NCBI GenBank assembly: GCA_963718615.1
Contig: OY970368.1
Coordinates: forward strand, 5,248,001-5,312,000
Length of the DNA: 64,000 nucleotides
Direction of reading: 5' to 3'
Source of the DNA: an uncultured cyanobacterium
Lineage (GTDB): Bacteria; Cyanobacteriota; Cyanobacteriia; PCC-9006; JAAUQQ01
Part shown: positions 1 through 9,272 of the stretch, one piece after another
How the letters are laid out: each line of letters starts with the position of its first letter
Numbering within the stretch: the first letter of the stretch is position 1
The notes under the pieces: generated by a model
Seen by the model: the letters and a program-made list of their open reading frames with translations, nothing else
Told to the model about the DNA's origin: nothing
Database searches by the model: none
Program-made: the position numbers and the translations under genes

Positions 1-215
1 CACAGCGATTCGCTGCTAATTTGGCCATCGAGTAAAAATCGCAGGGCTAGGACGCTTGTGAGGGGAAAGAATATCGTTTGGATGCGATCGCCAGGGCGAT
101 ACAAAATTTGCCCAACCTCAAGCTCCACCAAGGATAGAAGCCGTGCCAGACTTTGACACTCACTGTCCGGCAGTGTTGCAAGCAGCTTGTTTCGTCGAAT
201 GATTTGACAGTCCAC
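1..215 (-). CDS. Crp/Fnr-family transcriptional regulator, 5' part (runs off window; not in ORF track)
   Basis: Manual translation from GTG at 213-215 (GAGGAAAGAG upstream): MDCQIIRRNKLLATLPDSECQSLARLLSLVELEVGQILYRPGDRIQTIFFPLTSV..., the typical N-terminus of cNMP-binding Crp proteins (NxLLAxLP...LxxGQxLYxPGD.I..xxFP). Confidence 0.75.
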   Translation of the reverse strand, partial: MDCQIIRRNKLLATLPDSECQSLARLLSLVELEVGQILYRPGDRIQTIFFPLTSVLALRFLLDGQISSESL

Positions 216-486
216 AGCTCTTTCCTCAACACCTATCCCAGCAGCAAAGAAATCAAACAACACTGACTCGTTAACGTTAATGATGACAAACTCAGATCTT
301 GCACTGAAGCGATTTATTTATTTACTGACCGTCTTTAACTTAATTCAATTGTAATTCATAAATTCTATGCTCAAGCAAAAGTATCAAGTGTCAAGACATT
401 TGCCTGTCGCGACAATTAGAAGGCGGGGAGCCCACTGAATTGGCAAAAGGAAATGAGAAGCGGCAATCTCAGGTCAAGACGACAAT

Positions 487-1401
487 CTAAGATCGCTTCT
501 GGTGTGTCGATGTTTGGGAGTCAGATTCAGAGGATTTTGCCGGGAGTGCCTTCAAGTTCTCAGAGCGCTGGTGAGCGGAGCGTTTACGAAAACTGTCCGC
601 CTTGATTTCGAGAATGACCGCATGGTGAATGAGGCGGTCAACGGCGGCGACGGTCATCATGGAATCACCAAAGATGGAGTTCCACTCACTGAACGGCTGA
701 TTGGCAGTGACCATGATGCTTTTGCGCTCATAGCGATAGGCAATGAGTTCAAAGAGAACGGAGGTTTCTGCCTCGGATTTTTGGACATAGCCGAGGTCAT
801 CAATGATCACGAGGTCAAAGCGGTCGAGCTTTTTCAGGGCAGGCTGAAGCTGGAGATGAAGCTTTTCTTTTTGGAGATACTGCACCAGGGTGGTGGCACA
901 GAAGAATTTGACGCGCTTGCCCGCTTCCAGGGCGGCACGAGCGATGCCAGCGGCCAGATGGGTTTTGCCGACCCCAGAAGGTCCGAAGAAGAGACAGTTT
1001 TGGGCGTCATCAATCCACTGGGGTTCAGTGGCGAGTTTTTGAATCGGGAGAGGGTTAACCAGGGGCAGGTGTGTCCAATCGAAATTGGAAACCGTTTTGG
1101 CGTTGGGCAGTTGAGCTTCGGTGATGGCTCTTTGGAGGCGCAAAGCCTTGCGGCGGTCTGTTTCGAGTTGGCACAGGGCCAAGAGAAATTGCGCGTAGGA
1201 CCAGGTCTCTCGCATGGCTTGCTGCTCCAAGGTCTCCCAGTGGTTGAGCATATGGGATAAGCGCAGGTGCTTGAGCTGAGCGCTGAGGCTTTGGTAAGGG
1301 CTCAGCTCCGGTTGAGACGAGCTCTGGTTCTGCATCTGGGATGACGCTGCTGTGGGTGAACAGAAGGGCATCGTAGTCGTTGAGGTCATGTTGTTGGACA
1401 T
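487..1401 (-). CDS. istB: IS21 helper AAA+ ATPase IstB
   Basis: Walker A GPSGVGKT, Walker B LVIIDDLGY, MVTANQPFSEW, AAVDRLIHHA. The real start may be the ATG at 1335. Confidence 0.93.
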   Translation of the reverse strand: MSNNMTSTTTMPFCSPTAASSQMQNQSSSQPELSPYQSLSAQLKHLRLSHMLNHWETLEQQAMRETWSYAQFLLALCQLETDRRKALRLQRAITEAQLPNAKTVSNFDWTHLPLVNPLPIQKLATEPQWIDDAQNCLFFGPSGVGKTHLAAGIARAALEAGKRVKFFCATTLVQYLQKEKLHLQLQPALKKLDRFDLVIIDDLGYVQKSEAETSVLFELIAYRYERKSIMVTANQPFSEWNSIFGDSMMTVAAVDRLIHHAVILEIKADSFRKRSAHQRSENLKALPAKSSESDSQTSTHQKRS

Positions 1402-2845
1402 TCACGGTGGGGAATTCGAGTTTGGTGAGCAACTGAAAATGGAGTCTGAGCCTTGAGAGGGTGAGGGTTTTGGCCTCAATCTCTGGGAAGAGGTAGTCAG
1501 CGACCGCCGCTTCCTTGTTTTGGGTCGCCGCAATATAGAGGGCTTCGACCATGAGCACGGCGGCAGAATCAAGCTCAAAGCCAGCCTGGAGCTGTTTCCA
1601 GAGTTGGTGATAGCGCTCATTGGGCAGGAGGTCCTCTCGCCAGGTGCTGTGGAGGAAGGCCAAGGGCTTTTTGCGCAACCCTTCGATGACATGGTGATAG
1701 TCCACCGAGCGGGCGCGCCGCTTGTCCTTGTCAGTAGAACGAATCCGTTTCAACCTGAACACTTCATGGCCTTCGAGGTAGCCCATCAGGCGGTTGTGGT
1801 GCAGATGCACTTCCAGGGACCGGCCAATTAAGCGAGACGGCACGCTGTAGAGCATGCAGCGGATATCAATCGTGCTGTTGCTGCTCACCTTGGCGGTGAG
1901 GAGTTCGTAGTCCGCAGCCCGGTATTTGGGCAACGCCTGGAGATGCGCTTTCTCATGCTCATACTTATCCTGATGCTGGGCATTGAGCTTGGCCACACAG
2001 TCATTGAGCAGGTCTTGATAGTCGCTGACGCTAGCGAAGTCGGTGCTGCCGCGCAGGTACATCGCTTGGACAATGCGGTTCTTCAGATGACCGTGGGGGC
2101 CTTCAATAGAACCGTTCTCGTGGGCGATTCCCCGGTTGTTTCGCGTCGGTTGCAACCGATAGTGCTCACACAGGTCGTCATACAAGCGCGTCAGCGGTTT
2201 GGTCTTCTTCCCACCCAGATTTCGATAGGCCGCACTCAGGCTATCGGTGCGATGCTGCTTTGGAGCCCCGCCGCAGGCAAACAGGGCATTCTGCAATCCT
2301 TCGGATAGGGCGACAAAGCTTTCACCCCCCTCGATTAACTCCGCGTAGGACCAGCCGCTGTAGCCCAAGCGGTAGTGATAAATCAAGTGCTCATAGGGCT
2401 TTCCATTTATCGTCACCACCGTCCCTTTGAGTTCGGTGAAGTCGGAAAATCCTTGCACCCCCGGCTCGTGACGCAGCTCAAACATCACCTCGGGAGCTGG
2501 ACCATACAGTGCTTTCCAGGTTCTCACTCGCCGCTGAAGCGTCCTGAGCACTTGCGGATATTGACCCGGATATTTGTCCTGCAAATGCTCAAATAACGTC
2601 GTCGGTTTCAGTCTTGGCTCAGCTCGCAGCATCGCCTCTAGTTCGGCTTCCCAAAGACCGTTGAGTGGATCTGGCCGGGTCCGCACCCCGGTGCCCTCTC
2701 CACTCCCCTGCTGCCACTCGTTGGCATCCATTCGTTGCGCGGTTCGCACCGAAAATTCCGCCACCGCTGCCGCATCTTGCTGCGACAGGCCATGCTCCTT
2801 TGCATTCATGTACACTCGCTGTTGATACATTATTACTCTCGACAC
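1055..2845 (-). CDS. istA: IS21 DDE transposase IstA
   Basis: RTRPDPL, TLQRRVRTWKALYG, SDFT, HRTDSLSAA, HENGSIE and YSVPSRLIG motifs; lies upstream of istB. Confidence 0.92.
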   Translation of the reverse strand: MSRVIMYQQRVYMNAKEHGLSQQDAAAVAEFSVRTAQRMDANEWQQGSGEGTGVRTRPDPLNGLWEAELEAMLRAEPRLKPTTLFEHLQDKYPGQYPQVLRTLQRRVRTWKALYGPAPEVMFELRHEPGVQGFSDFTELKGTVVTINGKPYEHLIYHYRLGYSGWSYAELIEGGESFVALSEGLQNALFACGGAPKQHRTDSLSAAYRNLGGKKTKPLTRLYDDLCEHYRLQPTRNNRGIAHENGSIEGPHGHLKNRIVQAMYLRGSTDFASVSDYQDLLNDCVAKLNAQHQDKYEHEKAHLQALPKYRAADYELLTAKVSSNSTIDIRCMLYSVPSRLIGRSLEVHLHHNRLMGYLEGHEVFRLKRIRSTDKDKRRARSVDYHHVIEGLRKKPLAFLHSTWREDLLPNERYHQLWKQLQAGFELDSAAVLMVEALYIAATQNKEAAVADYLFPEIEAKTLTLSRLRLHFQLLTKLEFPTVNVQQHDLNDYDALLFTHSSVIPDAEPELVSTGAEPLPKPQRSAQAPALIPYAQPLGDLGAASHARDLVLRAISLGPVPTRNRPPQGFAPPKSHHRSSTAQRQNGFQFRLDTPAPG

Positions 2846-3059
2846 TCGTTAGAGTCCTTTCTTTCCAGGGGGACCCTATGAGTGTCTTTTTTTGTCGATC
2901 GCCACGCCAGTGAGCTGTCAAAGTCTCACGTCTGTCTCACGATCCAAGCCACGCTTTCGCGACAACTCCCGCCAGGAAATGTCGAGCAGCCGCCAATGCT
3001 ATTGTCGTCTAACACAAAAGTATCAGTCAGATATGTAGTAAGACATATTTTCAAACCCA

Positions 3060-3140
3060 TGTAGGGGTCTGCATCCCTGCCCCAGGCAGATTAAGGTGCA
3101 TCACGAATCCTGCATTGGGTGTGGAATTCTCACCCCTACA
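3060..3140. repeat. Degenerate GTAG-type REP doublet (REPIN-like)
   Basis: Bounded by inverted TGTAGGGG (3060-3067) and CCCCTACA (3133-3140), each next to a short imperfect GC hairpin. Confidence 0.45.
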
Positions 3141-3443
3141 ATTCGATCTAAATTAATTCTCATTTCTTAGGTTTTCGTAAAATTCATTCGCCGAGAATCA
3201 ATTCCATTCAATGCGCGATATCGTACAGACTGAAGGGATCAAAAAGTGCTTCCTTAAGGAGATAAAGCTTGAATTCCTCTTTAATATCTAAGTAAAAATG
3301 CTATACAGAAACTATCATGACTAGTCGCATTATAGACAAATAATAATAGAAAAACAATATCCATCCAATCCTATCGATCCATCTAGGCCATACAGGCGGC
3401 AAGTATTTTTACTCATCACAATAGACTCCACGAGGCTGCTGAT

Positions 3444-3719
3444 ATGCCACATCTTCAAGCAAAATCTACTCAACGATCCCTGGAACTCAGAATCGACGAG
3501 ATTCTTCAGGAGTACCCTGAGGGCCATGTTTACATTCTTGCTTTTTCTGTGGAATGTCTATACGAGAGGCTGGTTTCCTACGCCATCATTCAAAGTTTGA
3601 AACATTGTCATTTGTCGTTAGAAGGATCTGAAAAAACACAACTTCGAACAGATAAAATCATTCTTCAAGGTATGAAGCAGCTTACCCATCCGCCCAAGCA
3701 ATTTTTTGTTCACCCTTAA
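3444..3719 (+). CDS. Small cyanobacterial hypothetical protein (possibly ComFB-like)
   Basis: IDEILQEYP...AFSVECLYERLVSYA...IILQGMKQL recalls, from memory, a cyanobacterial family of small proteins; ends 18 nt before the Crp gene. Confidence 0.45.
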   Translation: MPHLQAKSTQRSLELRIDEILQEYPEGHVYILAFSVECLYERLVSYAIIQSLKHCHLSLEGSEKTQLRTDKIILQGMKQLTHPPKQFFVHP

Positions 3720-3737
3720 ATCCCAAGAGAGCACCCT

Positions 3738-4348
3738 GTGATTAGCATTCGAGAAAACCATACCAGATTTAATCGTCATTCTGCCCTCTCAAGCCCATTC
3801 AACCGCTTCTGGAAAATCCAAATTGGATATATACGAAGCATTATCCTGGATGAAAATGGCAATGTAGTCGTCTTAGGCATTTGGGGACCCGGTGACATCA
3901 TTGGCAATCTCTCTAACTCCCCCATTACTTTCGATTTGAATGCCTAACCGATGTCAATGCAACGTTGCTTCCTGAAGAGTATGAATACACGATAGAAGAT
4001 CTCGTAACGCAAATTCGTCAACTTGAAGAATTATTGATCATCAAGCAAGCTAAACCCCTGCAAGATTGCTTACTCCTCACCTTGACTTGGTTAGCTAAAC
4101 GCTTTGGCTACGTGAAAGATCAAAAGATGATTATTGATCTAAAGTTAACCCATCAAGATTTAGCCGATTTAATTGGCAGCAATCGGGTCACCGTCACTCA
4201 TTTACTCAAGCAGTTGGAACAGGATCAAAAAATTGAACGGACAGACAAGGATTTCATCCTTATTCCCATAAACAACTTGGCCCTCAGAAACCATGCCTCA
4301 AAGCATTCTCAAGGCCATCGGCAACCGGATAGCTATCCTTTCTACTAA
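3738..4348 (+). pseudogene. Crp/Fnr-family regulator split by a 1-nt frameshift
   Basis: ORF 3738-3947 has the cNMP-domain motif WKIQIGYIRS...LGIWGPGDIIG. The other frame continues ECLTDV... to the HTH LTHQDLADLIGSNRVTVTHLL. One extra base (e.g. in the C5 run at 3919-3923) restores a ~203-aa protein. Confidence 0.8.
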
Positions 4349-4386
4349 CCCCATTGACTAGAACCCACCGACTGGACCAAGGGCCA

Positions 4387-5718
4387 TTAAAAGAATAAGG
4401 CTTGGCTAAACTGAGTGTTTTCAATTTTGGCATCCCGAAAGTCCACATCCAGGAGATCTGCTTCCCGAAAGTCGGTGTTTGTCAGATTGCAAAAGCCAAG
4501 GTCCGCGCCTTGCAAATTCGCCCCGCGCAAATCGGCATCCTGCAAATTGGTCCCCCGCAAATTTGCCCCGCGCAAATCAGCTCCTCTAAAGTCAGCGCTG
4601 ACCAAATTGGCTCCATAGAAAATACAGCCCTGGAGGTCCGCCCCATAGAAATCCACACTGGCCAAATGGGCTCGATATAAATTTGAACCCTGCAACTGAG
4701 TTTGCGAACAGTTGGCCCCTTGGAGATTGGCTCGCACAAAATTGGCATTCAGCGCCTTGGCTTGGCTTAAGTCTGCATCGATCAAGCAGCTTTGGTAGAA
4801 CCTTGCATCACTCAAATTCGCTCGATTCAACCGCGCGCCGGTCAAATTTGCCTCATGAAATAAGGCGAGTTGTAGTTGGGTTTGGCCCAGATCTGCGCCC
4901 TGCAAATCCCCATAGCTAAAATCTGCCCCGATTAGCACCGCCTGGTTGAGATTGGCGTGGATGAGCTTTGCCTCGCGCAACAGTGCATCTTGGAGATTCG
5001 AGCGGATCAGTTTGGTATCAGAAAGCTGGCTCCGGCAAAGATCCGCTTGGCGCAGGTCTGCCTCCGACAGATTCGCCCCCTGAAGATTCGCATCACAGAG
5101 GATCGCCTCCCGCAAATCCGCCTGCCACAGTTCCGCCCGCTGCAAATTCGCGCCCGTAAGATTGGCCGTGTAGAGCACCGCTTGGCGCAGAGAGGCTCCC
5201 GTCAGCAGCGCACCGCTTAGATCCGCCAGACTCAGGTCCACTTCCGCCAAATCCGCATAGGCAAGATTGGCATCCCGCAGATTGGCTTCCTTGAGCTTCG
5301 CCGTGTAGAGATCGGCAATGCGCAGGTCCGCTTCCCGCAGATTGGCCGAGCTGAGATCCGCCAAGCTAAAGTTGGCCTCCCGCAAATCCGCCAGACGCAG
5401 GGAAGCCGCTTGGAGATTGGCACCACAGAGATTTGCGGTATAAAGAATCGCCTCCGTTAGGTTCGCTCCGGTCAGACGAGCATTGATAAAACTGGCCAGC
5501 TTGAGGTGAGTCAAACTGAAGTTGGCCTCACTGAGCTCCGCGCAATCGAACGCGGCCCGGTTTAAATTGGGTTTTTCTTGAAGATGGGTTTCCCGCCAGT
5601 GATTCCACGCGGGTAGATCCTGGTGGATCAACGCTATAGATTGTTGGGCGGATGCCGTCACCTGCGTACTACTTCCCATTGGATCGCCCCCTGATGATGT
5701 CGAGACCATAATTGCCAC
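4387..5718 (-). CDS. Pentapeptide repeat protein
   Basis: Continuous A(D/N)Lxx repeats over ~390 aa after an N-terminal WNHWR motif. The start may be further downstream (5709 or 5679). Confidence 0.93.
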   Translation of the reverse strand: MAIMVSTSSGGDPMGSSTQVTASAQQSIALIHQDLPAWNHWRETHLQEKPNLNRAAFDCAELSEANFSLTHLKLASFINARLTGANLTEAILYTANLCGANLQAASLRLADLREANFSLADLSSANLREADLRIADLYTAKLKEANLRDANLAYADLAEVDLSLADLSGALLTGASLRQAVLYTANLTGANLQRAELWQADLREAILCDANLQGANLSEADLRQADLCRSQLSDTKLIRSNLQDALLREAKLIHANLNQAVLIGADFSYGDLQGADLGQTQLQLALFHEANLTGARLNRANLSDARFYQSCLIDADLSQAKALNANFVRANLQGANCSQTQLQGSNLYRAHLASVDFYGADLQGCIFYGANLVSADFRGADLRGANLRGTNLQDADLRGANLQGADLGFCNLTNTDFREADLLDVDFRDAKIENTQFSQALFF

Positions 5719-5966
5719 GCTACGAGCTATTCAAAGGATAATTAGTTACACAGGTGAATTTGGTAAATTCACGCAAAAAACACAAATCTGGCGATCGCAA
5801 TCTACCTTGATTTTACGATGACAATAAATACTATCGCAAAAAATTCAAATTAGCGTTACAAACCTGAAGGACGGGCTGCCATGCTGTGCACTATGCCGTG
5901 ATCAAAGCCAAGGATTGACTCCTATCGGCCCATCAAAATTTATCCAGATTTTTCTACGGTTTAAAG

Positions 5967-6000
5967 GTTTGAGGGTTTGAGAGTTTGAGGGTTTGAGAAC
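5967..6000. repeat. Short tandem repeat (GGTTTGAG-like 8-mer, ~4 copies)
   Basis: ggtttgag ggtttgag agtttgag ggtttgag in intergenic DNA. Confidence 0.7.
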
Positions 6001-6318
6001 TGAGGGCGGGCGATCGCCAATCCCCGATCCCCTATGGGGTAGGCAAGCCCCCTGAGGCCGAAATATTCGTTTCTTACCCATAAATTGGGTTTGGCTTGCT
6101 ACAGAATATTCACCTTGATGTTTGAAACGATTCATCACGGCCCCCAAAATTACGCTCTAAAAAAGTTGTCTTAGCATCTCCCATCCCTTGATCGCAGTTA
6201 CTGAAGCCCCAGGCCGGGTTGCGTCCTGCGCAAAAGTTTCGCATTTCCGCACGGATCTGACAGGATAAAAGGTGAAGGGAGATAAACACTGACCCAAGCT
6301 GACCTGCTGTTCTCCACC

Positions 6319-7791
6319 ATGCCGCAAGCCAACCCGATGCGCCGCATCAACCGTCCAGAACTGGCCGTTAGCCATCCACAGTACCGTCTACAAAGCCAGC
6401 TCGGCAGCGCACCGGGGCGGCAAACTTGGCTGGCCCAAGACCTCAGCAGCACCCCACCCGAGCCCGTCATTCTCAAGCTTCTGGCCTTCAGCGATGAAAT
6501 GGGTTGGCAATCCCTCACGCTCTTTGAACGAGAAGCCCAAGTGCTACAAACCCTCCAGCACCCGCGCCTGCCCCGCTATCGCGCCAGCTTTTCCCTGGAC
6601 TCAGCCCACCTGCCCACCGCTAATGCTTCCCCACTTTCCCCACTCCCCCCAGCCTCGCCAAGGCCCACCTCCCCCAGCCCCATTCAATGGTTTGGTCTTG
6701 CCCAGGATTATATTCCCGGCCAAAGCCTCAAAACGCTGCTCCAACAAGGCCACCGCTTCAAACCCGACCAAATCTGCACCATCGCCACCCAAGTTCTCGA
6801 CATCCTCGCCTACCTCCACAGCCGCACCCCCCAGGTCCTACACCGCGACATCAAACCCAGCAATTTAATTCTGGGTGAAGACCAGCAGATTTATCTCATT
6901 GACCTGGGAGCTGCCCAGACCCAAACCCGAGATCTGGAGGAGTCTTTGGGCGATCGCAGCTTCACCATTGTCGGCACCTACGGCTACACCCCCCTCGAAC
7001 AATTTGGTGGACGTCCCATTCCCGCCTCCGACCTCTACGCCCTCGGAGCCACCCTCATCCATTTGCTCACCGGCATCCCCCCCGCCGACCTGCCCCAACA
7101 AAACCTCCAGTTACAATTTGCCGATCGCACCCCCCATCCCCTCAACCCTGCCCTCATCCACTGGCTCCAAACCCTCACCCACCCCGATCCCCACCAGCGC
7201 TACCCCAACGCCACCAGCGCCCGCCAAGCTCTCCACCACCCCATCCCCCCATCCCCCCATTCCCCCATTCCCCGCCCCTCCGGCAGCAACCTCCACATCC
7301 AACACAGCCCCCAACGCCTCCTCATCGAACTCCCCGGCAACGACCTCGGTATCGTCCTGAGCGGTCTGGCAATCGTTTTCTTTGGAGCTGGGCTGCTGCT
7401 CAATCCCTGGCTCATGGCCTTAGCCCTTGGCCTTGGACCCTGGGGACTCTGGCTCGCCGCTCCCCATTTCATTCGGTTAGAACGTGAATTTTCTGACCTG
7501 CATTTAATTCTGTTCAAAACCCTTTTCGGCCAAATTTTGCGACGCACCCACGAAAACCGCGTCCACATTCAGCACCTTTTCCATACACTGCGTTCCGCTG
7601 AACAGCGCCTAGCCCTGCATCAATCCAACCGCACCCTCGTCATCCAAACCGCCCGCCGAGAATATGCCCTAGGCACCACCCTAAGTCGTGAAGAAAGCGC
7701 CTGGCTCATGCAGGAGATCCAGGCTTGGCTAGAGAGATCACCGAACCCTGTTGAACCCATACAGAAGCGGGGCACTCTAGCAGAAGGATAG
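6319..7791 (+). CDS. Hanks-type Ser/Thr protein kinase with C-terminal membrane segments
   Basis: VILK, FEREAQVL, HRDIKPSN, LIDLG (DFG variant), GTYGYTPLEQF, SDLYALGATL; hydrophobic helices near residues 345-385; CCCCAT(C/T) heptamer repeats encode a Pro-rich linker. Confidence 0.92.
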   Translation: MPQANPMRRINRPELAVSHPQYRLQSQLGSAPGRQTWLAQDLSSTPPEPVILKLLAFSDEMGWQSLTLFEREAQVLQTLQHPRLPRYRASFSLDSAHLPTANASPLSPLPPASPRPTSPSPIQWFGLAQDYIPGQSLKTLLQQGHRFKPDQICTIATQVLDILAYLHSRTPQVLHRDIKPSNLILGEDQQIYLIDLGAAQTQTRDLEESLGDRSFTIVGTYGYTPLEQFGGRPIPASDLYALGATLIHLLTGIPPADLPQQNLQLQFADRTPHPLNPALIHWLQTLTHPDPHQRYPNATSARQALHHPIPPSPHSPIPRPSGSNLHIQHSPQRLLIELPGNDLGIVLSGLAIVFFGAGLLLNPWLMALALGLGPWGLWLAAPHFIRLEREFSDLHLILFKTLFGQILRRTHENRVHIQHLFHTLRSAEQRLALHQSNRTLVIQTARREYALGTTLSREESAWLMQEIQAWLERSPNPVEPIQKRGTLAEG

Positions 7792-7903
7792 TGTTGATCT
7801 GGTTCTAGCCCAGAATTCTTCTTAGATCCTGGCTCAGTCCTACCCTCAGCCCGTCCATCCTGGCTCAATTGAGTTCGTTCTTGCATCTATCTGTGTCACC
7901 GTA

Positions 7904-9187
7904 ATGACTAGTGCCTCTACCGAAAAAGAAACGGTATATCAAGTTCCGCATGGGACCGAGCCGTTGCAGCTTGCAGGTACGATCCAGCAAATTGTGCAGG
8001 CTGAAATCAATGGCCGCCTAGCCCTGATGACCGAAGCGGGCCAAAGTTGGAATCTTTATTTCCAAGTGGGTCGGATTGTCTGGGCCTCAGGGGGAGAACA
8101 TCGTTTTCGTCGCTGGCATCGGGTGCTCCGACAGCTCGGTATTTCTCCGGCCAGCATTCAAATTCGCGAGCGCGTTCTGCCTGCCCAATGGGAGCATTTG
8201 GTGCTGACGGTGCTGCTCAAACGCCAGCGGATTCAGAAGGAAGCTGCGATCGCCGCCATCGAGACCAACATCACAGAAGTCCTGTTTGATATTCTCCAGG
8301 CCGCACCCTTCATCACCCAAATCGCCTGTAACGTTACCCATAAAACCATTGGAGACTCCCCCGTCACCATCCATGGTACCCCTGACGATTTCATTGCCAA
8401 AGCACGAAAAATCCTGAAAGCATGGCAGGCGACTCCCCTGGGCGATGTTTCTCCCAACCTGGCTCCGGTGATCATTTCCCACGAAGCCCTAAAGAAAAAA
8501 TCCAGCCCCCAACTGTATGTAGAACTGGCGAGCAGTCTCACAGGCAAGCTCTCGATACGGGATTTGGCGGTGAGCAAAAATCAGTCTTTGCCCAGCTTGG
8601 CGCAGTTTTTGGATCAGTATCGGTGCGATCGCCTGATTGCCTTCCAGCCCATTGCCGATATTCCGGCACCCACTCCGGCAGCGGGAGCGGGCGATCGCCG
8701 AGGCAGCGAAGCAGAAAGTGGCAGTGCAGCAACCCCCCCGCCCGTTGCACCGTTTCCCACCTCCGCCAAGAAGGGTCCGCTGGTGCTCTGCATTGATGAC
8801 AGTCCTCAGGTGGGCTACATCATGGAGCAAATTCTCATGCCCTTGGGCTATCAGGTTCTGACCTTACAGGACCCAGTGGAAGCCCTGTCGGTGATCATGC
8901 GACGCAAGCCAGCGTTTATCTTTCTGGATCTCGTCATGCCGGTGGTCAACGGCTATGAGCTTTGCAGCCAGGTTCGCCGGGTTTCCAGCCTCAAATCCAT
9001 TCCTATCGTGATTTTGACCGGTAATGATGGGGTGATCGATCGCGTGCGCGCCAAAATGGTCGGAGCAACAGACTTTATGGGAAAACCCGTCGTGCCCGAC
9101 AAGGTTCTACAATTGTTGCAGCAACATCTCGACTATGAGCCAGCCAGTATGGAAATGAACCGCAGAATTAACCCTAGCCTCGCCTAG
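7904..9187 (+). CDS. PatA-type response regulator (N-terminal PATAN/DUF4388-like domain + C-terminal receiver)
   Basis: N-terminal W.LYF..GRIVWASGG.H.FRRW; C-terminal REC LCIDDS...FLDLVMP..NGYELC...KP. Confidence 0.88.
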   Translation: MTSASTEKETVYQVPHGTEPLQLAGTIQQIVQAEINGRLALMTEAGQSWNLYFQVGRIVWASGGEHRFRRWHRVLRQLGISPASIQIRERVLPAQWEHLVLTVLLKRQRIQKEAAIAAIETNITEVLFDILQAAPFITQIACNVTHKTIGDSPVTIHGTPDDFIAKARKILKAWQATPLGDVSPNLAPVIISHEALKKKSSPQLYVELASSLTGKLSIRDLAVSKNQSLPSLAQFLDQYRCDRLIAFQPIADIPAPTPAAGAGDRRGSEAESGSAATPPPVAPFPTSAKKGPLVLCIDDSPQVGYIMEQILMPLGYQVLTLQDPVEALSVIMRRKPAFIFLDLVMPVVNGYELCSQVRRVSSLKSIPIVILTGNDGVIDRVRAKMVGATDFMGKPVVPDKVLQLLQQHLDYEPASMEMNRRINPSLA

Positions 9188-9272
9188 GAAGACCCGAGGA
9201 AAGCCCTGGGGATCACAGCGCTGTCTGGCGCGCTGCTTTCGCCTTTGCCTGTAAGGCTTAAGCGGTTCCAGC

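Larger units (their letters stand above)
382..3014 (-). mobile_element. IS21-family insertion sequence (istA-istB)
   Basis: istA+istB pair. The right end reads TGTTAGACGACAAT on the minus strand, the left end is imperfectly related (TATCAAGTGTCAAGACATTTG), and GACAA-type subrepeats occur at both ends. CAAAAG is directly repeated at 376-381 and 3015-3020. No HIP1 octamer seen inside. Left boundary uncertain by a few bases. Confidence 0.85.

Noticed and set aside
47-232. 61-aa ORF from the ORF track
   Set aside because: Wrong frame; the overlapping frame starting at GTG 215 gives a recognisable Crp N-terminus.
502-1260. 252-aa plus-strand ORF
   Set aside because: Antisense shadow of istB with no motif of its own; the same applies to most short ORFs overlapping uvrA, treS, cheA and the kinase.
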